Of a DNA stretch of 64,000 bases, positions 55,077 to 64,000 are shown piece after piece (the stretch's first letter is position 1; each line of letters starts with the position of its first letter). A program made the position numbers and the translations under genes. The stretch covers positions 27,094,001 to 27,158,000 of the forward strand of contig OX597832.1 of assembly GCA_951406725.2 (NCBI GenBank), in the 5' to 3' direction. The DNA comes from Octopus vulgaris. Lineage: Eukaryota. The notes under the pieces are model-generated. The model did not search any database and was not told where the DNA came from. It saw only the letters and a program-made list of their open reading frames with translations.

Positions 55077-55580
55077 CATAACAGACCTGATATTGTTCTA
55101 AGGGATCGGGAACAAAAATCCTGCGCTGTTGTAGGGGTCAGCTACTCAGCGGATGTGAATGTACACTCAAAGCTCCAGGAGAAAGAGAACGTTTATGGCG
55201 AATTAATGCGGATCTTACCGCTCTTGTACCCTGGCTATGAATTCTCATTTGTACCTACCATCATAAGTGCATTAGGTTAGGTACTAACAAATTTACACAT
55301 AAACCCAGAAATACTTGGCTTCACGGAAGAAGTGCAAAATAAACTGACGCAGATTCTCCAAATATAATTTATTAATGGTATGGTGAAGGTTTGTAAGACA
55401 TTCTAGAAATTCTCCATGTGAGGTTCTTTTGTGTATAGATGCACACACTTGAGTGTACGCATCAACAGTTCGACCAAAACACCAACTCGACCACATTTTT
55501 ACAAATACCGGGAACTCTCTTAATCCAAGAAGCCTTGTCACTTTGTTAGCGACCGGCTTGAAATCCTGCAAGAAGAACTT
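55077..55580 (+). mobile_element. R4/Dong-like LINE 3' end (restriction-like endonuclease domain + 3' UTR)
   Basis: HNRPDIVLRDREQKSCAVVGVSYSADVNVHSKLQEKENVY...FVPTIISALG matches the RLE PD-(D/E)xK pattern HNRPDIV...IDV..P.D.N...K..EK...Y...P.IIGALG. Confidence 0.8.
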
Positions 55581-55605
55581 AAATTAAACTCAAAGAAAAA
55601 TCATA

Positions 55606-56070
55606 GATACCTCAAAGAAGGATACCCCAAAGAAGTTTATCCCAAAGAAGAATACCCCAAAGAAGGATACCTCAAAGAAAGATACCTCAAGGAAAGATAC
55701 CCCAAAGAAGGATACCTCAAAGAAGGATACCTCAAAGGAGGATACTCCAAAGAAGGATATCGCATAGAAGGATACCTCAAAGAAGGATACCTCAAAGAAG
55801 GATACCCCAAAGAAGGATACCTCAAAGAAGGATACCTCAAAGAAGGATACCTCGAAGAAGGATACCCCAAAGAAGGATACCTCAAAGAAGGATACCTCAA
55901 AGAAGGATACCTCGAAGAAGGATACCCCAAAGAAGGATACCTCAAAGAAGGATACCCCAAAGAAGGATACCTCGAAGAAGGATACCCCAAAGAAGGATAT
56001 CGCAAAGAAGGATACTTCAAAGAAGGACATCTCAAAGAAGGATACCTCAAAGAAGGATAACTCAAAGAAG
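55606..56070. repeat. 15-bp minisatellite (gatacctcaaagaag) x31
   Basis: 31 units without indels. Confidence 0.97.
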
Positions 56071-56104
56071 GAAGACCTGGATGTGAAATACTCAGTATAC
56101 CCAC

Positions 56105-56414
56105 TCCCCACAAAAAAAAGGCCATGCATAAGTATCCCGAAGACTTGAGGAAGACAATAATATTGCCAAGAAGCGAGACTCTCTTGGACTCGTGACTGCT
56201 ACATCACATCACACTTCGAAAGCTGTGCATTTGCAATCCAAGAACCAAGAGATTGCTAAGAAGTACAAAATCAACAGAAGATACAGCTCCAAGATGCAAC
56301 CGAAAATGTCAATTATGTCATATTTCTGCGTCTTACAACACGTGATCAGCAGCTGCCTAAAAACACCATCAAAGTACTACAGCCCTGTGTGAAACGACGT
56401 TGTTGCAAAAACTG
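56105..56414 (+). mobile_element. R4/Dong-like LINE internal fragment (CCHC zinc-knuckle region)
   Basis: Frameshifted KKAMH / ITSHFESCAFAIQE-QEIAKKYKINRR / KCQLCH / HVISSC...YYSPV*NDVVAKT match the K.MHG, A.QEQ, C..C..H....C and RHD motifs. Confidence 0.7.
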
Positions 56415-56885
56415 TGAGTGTATGTGTGTGTGCGTGTGCGTGCGTGTGTGCATGTGTGTATGTGTGTGTGTGTGTGTGCGTGTGTGTGTGTATGTGTGTG
56501 TGTGCGTGTGTGTGTGTGTAGTAGAGCTGAGCTCACGCTCTGCTGCAAGAGCTTTGCGATGTATGCCGCTGGTTACATAGATGGCAACATTATGGAGTAG
56601 ATACGATATATATATATATATATATATATTACGGAGATGTACTTGCATAGCAAGTGACCTTATTTGAGATCGTGTGCTGGAACGAAAACAATTGCAGCGT
56701 GGAAGGCGTTTATAAGCCATTTAAGAAACACACAAAAACCGTTAGATTCATTTCAACATTTAAATTTAATTTGCCAAAATATTTTCGTCGCTTTGAGACC
56801 GCGACCTGTTCACTATCAAAATTCCGTGCTGCATGCATGCATACATACATACATACATACATACATGCATACATACATACATACA

Positions 56886-56962
<77 letters not shown>

Positions 56963-56977
56963 CTCTGTTTCTCTTTC

Positions 56978-57376
56978 TCTCTTACTTGTTTCAGTCATTT
57001 GACTGCGGCCATGCTGGAGCACCGCATTTAGTCGAGAAAATTGACCCTATGACTTATTCTTAGGAAGCTTAGTACTTATTCTATCGGTCTCTTTTGCCGA
57101 ACCGTTATGTTACAGGGACGTAAACACACCATCATCGGTTGTCTAGCGATATTGGGGTGGGGACAAACACAGACACGCAAACATATACACACACATACAT
57201 ATTTTTATATACATATATATATACGACGGGCTTCTTTCAGTTTCCATCTACCAAATCCACTCACAAAGCTTTGGCCGACCCGAGGCTATAGCAGAAGACA
57301 CTTGCCCAAGGTGCCACGCAACGGGAATGAACCCGGAACCATGTGGCTGGTAAGCAAACTACTTACCACACAGCCA

Positions 57377-57379
<3 letters not shown>
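56978..57379 (-). mobile_element. SINE family A, full length
   Basis: Tail to head cacagccactc. Confidence 0.88.
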
Positions 57380-57409
<30 letters not shown>

Positions 57410-57411
<2 letters not shown>

Positions 57412-57697
57412 GTGCATGGAGGATCACATCTTGCTCGGCCTCGGTGATGGTGGAGAAGGTCCTAGCGAAGTTAATCGCGTCAATCAGCAGGCTCTCCGAT
57501 ATAGAGGCGTAATATTCCTCGATATCTAATTGTAGGAATCGGGTGTTGCTCTTGTCAGGTAAATCCCGGAACCAAGTTATTGTCTCGGAAGTCCTATTCC
57601 AGAGTGGAAGGGGTGAAGCTTCACGTATTTTAGGTAAAATCCTGTCCAGGATCTTCTTGCTAACGGATCCAATGTCAGACTTGGTTGGGTTAATCAG
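57410..57697 (-). mobile_element. Penelope-like reverse transcriptase internal fragment, open frame
   Basis: LINPTKSDIGSVSKKILDRILPKIREASPLPLWNRTSETITWFRDLPDKSNTRFLQLDIEEYYASISESLLIDAINFARTFSTITEAEQDVILHAR matches PLE RT motifs (RLINP.KS.IG..SK.ILD; F..FDI..FYPSI). Confidence 0.85.
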
Positions 57698-58084
57698 TCA
57701 GATATATATATATATATATGACAAAGAAATTCTAAATTGTCAGCCATTGGCTAATAAATGAGCCAGGCGACTAACATTGGAAACATTAACACACACACAC
57801 ACACAGGTGTATATTAAGAAATATATATACATATAAAAGGGGAAATATACGTTTATATGTGTGCGTGTGCGCGCGCACGACAGGGATAAACAAAAACTCT
57901 ACAATTGTGCAAAGAGATGCATACGGTGTTAAATATCAATGTCCCGTGTCAAGTTGAAGTCCATACAGGCGTCTATACAGACGCACATAAGTAACACATA
58001 CATACGCACCTTACGTACACACATGAACTCGCAGACACACACATACACACGCTCCCTGTACAGAGTGACTGTGACTTTAGCGAA

Positions 58085-58129
<45 letters not shown>

Positions 58130-58226
58130 TATATATATCTATGTCTATATATGTTCATGTGTGTATGTATGTATGTATCTGTATATATAAATATGTGTGT
58201 GGATATGCATAATGTATGTGTGTATA

Positions 58227-58276
<50 letters not shown>

Positions 58277-58757
58277 CATGAACACATACATTACACATAT
58301 GTATACACATACATACATATATACATAATACATACATATATATATATATACACACATATATACATATATACGTAAATTCATAATGTATGTGTATATACAT
58401 ACGTAATGTGTGTGTATATGTAATGTTAATGTGCGTGTGCATGTATGCATGTTTGCGTGTGTGTGCGTGTATATATATATCTATATATATATACACACAT
58501 ACACATGCTCTTCTTCGACAGCTGTTACGTGTCTAGAAGATATACGTTGTACAATGATATCGGATATACATTTATATTTATTCACCTACAAGTGACATTA
58601 TCAGAAAATGGCCCCGACTAAAAATGATGATAAATTTGATAACGCAGACACACAGACACCATACGTGTGTATATCTAACCTACAATACCACAGTAATAGT
58701 GGAGGGTGTGTTAGGTATGTTTACTTACACACCATCGTGACTGAATTCACACACACA

Positions 58758-58873
<116 letters not shown>

Positions 58874-58907
58874 CATATGTATGTATGCGTGTATTATATA
58901 TATATAT

Positions 58908-59090
58908 AAATTAATGAATGACAAAAGAACAGAAGTTACATAATCATGTTCATTAGCATACAGCTGTTTCAGTTGTAGGCAGTAATGTACTCAGGACTGG
59001 GTACTTGTGCAACATCCTATAACTTCCTCGGAGCCATTTTGATGGCTCCAGTTACGTAACTCCTGTTCTTTTGTTATTCATTAACTTATA
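58908..59090. repeat. Inverted-repeat cassette enclosing a hammerhead-like motif (58955-59035, - strand)
   Basis: ataaattaatgaatgacaaaagaacagaagttac / gtaactcctgttcttttgttattcattaacttat. Inside: CCGAGGA-agttatagg...cctacaact-GAAAC-AGCT-GTA. Confidence 0.75.
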
Positions 59091-59709
59091 TTCTACGCTG
59101 TACTCTCCAAACTCTTTAATCTAAAGCAAATACATATTGAGTTCCAACAACTGAGTATTGGTGTTAATTTATATAAACCCTAATATTCAGTGTACGTGTG
59201 TGCGTGCGTGCGCGTGTATATATCCATATAATGCTTAGAAGATGCAATAACAAACACAACACACACACACAAATACAAAGAGAGAGATAGAGAGAGGGTA
59301 AGAGAGAGGAGATAGAGGGAGGGAGCGGATAGGAGACAGAGAGAGAGAGAGAGAGGGAGAGAGAGGGAGAGAGAGAGAGGGAGAGATGTGTTTCAAGATT
59401 AGTGTAGCTTGTATGTCTCAATCCAGAATATCTAGGTTTGTTAACAGCCCGATACTGTCAGTTTCACCGATACGGCGGCTCTTCAGGCGGTGCACGTGAC
59501 TCTATTAACGGTGCATTTAAAAACAGAATAAGGATAAGACACAAAGAGAACCACGTGTATAATTGACATGTGATGCTAAAATATATATACACGAGAGCGT
59601 GTTATAGATAACCAGAGTGGCCTAACCACGCATACACGCATACACAAATATGTATGTATACATGTTTTGTACGTATGCGTATGTCTCTCTCCCAACCCAT
59701 CTCTGAATA

Positions 59710-59745
<36 letters not shown>

Positions 59746-60415
59746 TGTGTGTGTGTGTGTATCATGTGACTCCTCCCTCCGACATACCAGTCATCACACG
59801 TTGGTTGCTATTATTAAACAGGTGATTTCCACGCAGCCAACACAGTAATAATCCTTCTTACTGGAAGAAGGGGCGTGGTCTTCCGAGAAGATGGCGCGCA
59901 CAAACACATCTTTGAGATTATTGGCGAATATTTTGTTGTTAACAGCACCAGCGGAATGCCTTAGTACTTCGCCGTCACCACCACCACCGCCACCACCACC
60001 GCCACCACCACCACCACCACTACCAACACTATCATCGCCACCACTAACGACCGTAACAACTATAACACAAGCAACGACAACAACAACAACCACAACATAG
60101 CTGTTACATATCCTTCCACGATGCGGGGTGGATCAGAAGATGAAACGGTTGGCGGAGTTGGATCGGGACATTGCACTCTCTCACCTTTAAACACATTACG
60201 TAATTAAAAAATATATATATGTATATACACGCAAACACACACACATACATGCACACTCACATGCACATTAACATTACATACACACGCACACATTACGTAC
60301 GTATATACACATACATTATGCATTTACGTGTGCATGTATATATAAATATGTCTGTATGCTTAGTGTATATGTTTATGGGTATATATATGTCTATATACAC
60401 ATACATTATGCATAT

Positions 60416-60462
<47 letters not shown>

Positions 60463-60697
60463 CATACATATAGAGACAGGAATATATATATACATACATA
60501 TAGAGACAGGAATAGAGACAGGCACAAGCATACATACAAAGATATAAATATATGCATGCGTATATGTGTATATGCTTACATACATACATATATACGTATA
60601 CATACAAATACATACATATATATATACACGCATATATAGCATATATACACATATATATATATACACGTATATATACACACATATAGAGATAAGTGTG

Positions 60698-60729
<32 letters not shown>

Positions 60730-60866
60730 AGTGTGTGTGTATGTGTATACCTCTCTATCTATCTATATCGATAGATAGTATAGATACATACATACATAAA
60801 TACATACTTACACACATACATACATACATACATACATACATACATACATACATACATACATACATA

Positions 60867-60897
<31 letters not shown>

Positions 60898-61050
60898 CAT
60901 ATATACAACGACCTCGAACCCACAAGTGTAAACAAGAGAGACAGAGAAAGGCAGAAACAAGGAAAATTCCACTTGTATTTGAACACGATACAAATATTCC
61001 TTTAAAAAACATTTCTTTTAATTTTTCTAAATTTAATTATTTAATCGTTA

Positions 61051-61088
61051 CAGTTGAAAAGGTCTCAAAATGACCGAAACCGGTACTG
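61051..61088 (+). ncRNA. Degenerate minimal hammerhead motif
   Basis: cag-TTGAAAA-ggtc/tcaaaat/gacc-GAAAC-CG-GTA-ctg; two core substitutions vs CTGAAGA. Confidence 0.5.
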
Positions 61089-61140
61089 AAATGTTCTTTA
61101 TAAAATTATTTTAGCATTTTCTATCTTGACTTGTTTTTTC

Positions 61141-61201
<61 letters not shown>

Positions 61202-61515
61202 CATATACATACATGCATACAAACTCTCTTATACATACGCACGCGCACCTTCATTTTGGTATCACCACTACTTTGTTATACCCCCTTCTCTCTAGCTCTC
61301 CTGTGTGACCCTTCCGTCCGGCCTTGGCCATGATAGATCGCTAGCCACTACACATTCTTTATTTTCTCTCCTTGTTTCTTTCTGTGTTCTTTTCTGTGGA
61401 AGAGCATAGGCTCAAAACATTAAAGACTTTTTCACTTCCCGAGCGTTATACTAATACATCTGTTTGTTGTCTACACCACCTGTCTTCGTCTTTTGTGTTT
61501 TTGTGAATTCTCCCT

Positions 61516-62191
61516 CGAATGGCAGATGAACGCGCACCCAAACAACTGTTTTATGGCGTGTTTGCAGTGTGGAAATGCAAGCGGTGTAAACTTAAAAAGA
61601 GGTTTAAGGACGGCATAAGGACTATTATGAAGTCACTTGGAATGGACCCAAAAGGCCATAGAAACCCTTGCTTCGGATCGAGTTGGATGGGAAACAAAAA
61701 TCTGGAGTGAAAGCTTTTGAGGAGGCCAGGATGACACATGGAAGACTCAAGAGAGATTGAAAGAAGAATCTTGTGATCAACGAAAAGATGAATCTCAGCG
61801 GCCTTTTTGTGATCAGTTTGTATAGACCATGCCCTTCTTTATATTTTGCAGGGCTCAAATCTCATTTGCGGACCCATGAAAAACGAACCCTCACCAACTA
61901 TTCTGCTTTATTTGTCTGTGTATACCTTTCAATGCTTTATATGCCATAAGGTCTGCAAATTTAATGGAGACCTCAAAAGGCATTTTAAGATCCACAAAGA
62001 TCAGAACTTAACTGGTGGTCCAAATCAGATATGCAATCTATCTGGGTGTCTTCTCAAAACATTGACTGGTTTAAAAAGCCACATCAGACGCCATGATGGA
62101 TCTAAGGTTATATCATGGTGTCTAATGTGGCTTTTAAGCCAGAAAATGTATTGAAGCGGTGGTCAGACTCTGCATAAGGAATAGACAACCA

Positions 62192-62193
<2 letters not shown>
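61516..62193 (+). mobile_element. RTE-clade LINE 3' fragment with tandem C2H2 fingers, (TA)n tail
   Basis: RMADERAPKQLFYG...KKRFKDGI (RTE RM...R.PK.L.YG...KR.KD). Then AGLKSHLRTH, CFICHKVCKFNGDLKRHFKIH, CNLSGCLLKTLTGLKSHIRRH; frameshifts and stops present. Confidence 0.8.
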
Positions 62194-62247
<54 letters not shown>

Positions 62248-62654
62248 TATATAAATGTATATACGCACCCATACACACAAGTAGGAAAACAGACGAACGA
62301 AAGTAGCTCTCAACACATTCATTCGGAATTGTGTGTTCAATGAAGGATTGTTTCGGCTCCTCATTGCTCAAAGTTTTGTAGACGCAGAGGAGCAAAAACA
62401 TTATCAGATGTACGGGGCCAAATGAAAGGGAATTTGTAAGTGGCCTCTATGTGAGAATATATACAAAACTTCATTAATCAATTCAGGTCACGTGATGTAT
62501 TATGCACACACACACACATACGTGAGTGTGTGTGTGTATTTGTGTATGTTTGTGTATGTTTGTGTATGTGTATAGATATATACACACATATATGCATTTT
62601 TACACACATATATACGTACACACATTCACGTCTATATACAGACACGTTCATACA

Positions 62655-62740
<86 letters not shown>

Positions 62741-63163
62741 CATACATACAAGCATACACACGCAGATAACACACAATATGTGTTCTGCAGTATAGAATCA
62801 CGGAAATGTTTAGACGGTTTCCGGTTTTGGCGTGGAGTGAAGAATAGGAAATTCCTGTGAAATCCGAGACGTTTGGTTCAACAGAAGTTGTTGTTGTTGT
62901 TGTTGTTGTCGGTTTATTGAATGCTGAGATGATGGAAATAGATGTGCAGTCCTCAACAACAACAACAGCAACAACAAAAGTAACAACAATAATTACCGCA
63001 ACAATAACAAGAAGATCATCTTCAGCTTGAGTAACCATGATCCAACAGGAAAGAAAACGAGACACCCTCTGCCACATTGGACGACGCAACTACGCACAGA
63101 TATGGCTTCACACAGCCATAGATGTATAAGCGTATATGCGTATATACAAACGGGCATACCAAG

Positions 63164-63232
<69 letters not shown>

Positions 63233-63245
63233 GTATATATATAAG

Positions 63246-63290
<45 letters not shown>

Positions 63291-63335
63291 GTGTATGTAT
63301 ATATATGTATATATATATTTATATATATGTATATA

Positions 63336-63403
<68 letters not shown>

Positions 63404-63435
63404 TAGGAAAAAAGCAACAAGAATGGATCAATATA

Positions 63436-63520
63436 TCGGTACAATTGTTTCGTACGAGGACATCTTTAATAAAGCTACAAAAATTGCAGTAAATATAGGT
63501 GGCTCGTACTCATCAGCCGA
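63436..63520 (-). ncRNA. Canonical minimal type-I hammerhead ribozyme
   Basis: tcgg-CTGATGA-gtacgag-[44-nt loop]-ctcgtac-GAAAC-AATT-GTA-ccga. All core nucleotides present, perfect stems I and II, palindromic loop III, in a cassette of about 120 bp between (TA)n tracts. Confidence 0.85.
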
Positions 63521-63711
63521 AATATATATATATATTTGTGTGTGTGTGTGTGTGCATATACGCATATATTTACGTGTATATATTTATGTGTGTGTGAGTA
63601 TAAATGTGTGTGTATATATGTGGACGTGTGTGTATGCGTATCTATATTCATATGTGTATATGTACATATGTATATACATAATGTATGTCTATGTATGTGT
63701 TTTTGTGTGTA

Positions 63712-63811
<100 letters not shown>

Positions 63812-64000
63812 CATATATATATATAACACGCACATACATACAAATGTGTGTGTATGCTGGTGGGGGAGAATATAATATGCACATCCATTATTTATGTATT
63901 TATATATAAACACAAACGCATACATATTATGTATGTGTGTATACATATACATGCGCACACGCACACATTATTTATATACACTCTTTACTCTTTTACTCTT

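Noticed and set aside
55590-56129. EVSFF / YPSLR repeat ORFs, or a CRISPR-like array
   Set aside because: Contiguous 15-bp minisatellite with no spacers; open frames are a by-product of unit length, and the context is eukaryotic.
58513-58608. Possible further hammerhead relic (CTGATAA...GTAAC-AGCT-GTC, - strand); similar partial motifs near 16300-16335 and 50320-50340
   Set aside because: Two or more core changes and weak or missing stems; not counted.
61846-62154. Host C2H2 zinc-finger gene
   Set aside because: Directly continuous with RTE ORF motifs, frameshifted, no TGEKP linkers, ends in a retroposon-type tail.

Overview
AT-rich, microsatellite-saturated metazoan DNA. The SINE families and repeat landscape point to a coleoid cephalopod, most likely Octopus (inference). 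Two host genes are supported, converging tail-to-tail in the first 12 kb. One is the last coding exon of PSMG3 (proteasome assembly chaperone 3, + strand, 1028-1174). The other is a complete 4-exon NDUFA11 (complex I B14.7, - strand, 11681-3602, 181 aa, all GT-AG phase-1 introns). No other host coding gene could be recognised, and nearly all supplied ORFs are microsatellite or SINE artefacts. The rest of the window holds at least 4 tRNA-derived SINE families (one in 184-bp tandem multimers), fragments of RTE, CR1, L1/Tx1, R4-like and Penelope retroelements, Tc1/mariner elements (DD37D maT and mariner), and MITEs. The most striking hidden signal is about ten minimal type-I hammerhead-ribozyme motifs from several unrelated sequence families. 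They sit in short cassettes next to (TA)n tracts, often with inverted repeats. One is fully canonical (63436-63520) and there are recurrent non-canonical cores (CCGAnGA, CUGUUGA). All family assignments and RNA folds are from manual reading; no database search or folding program was run.
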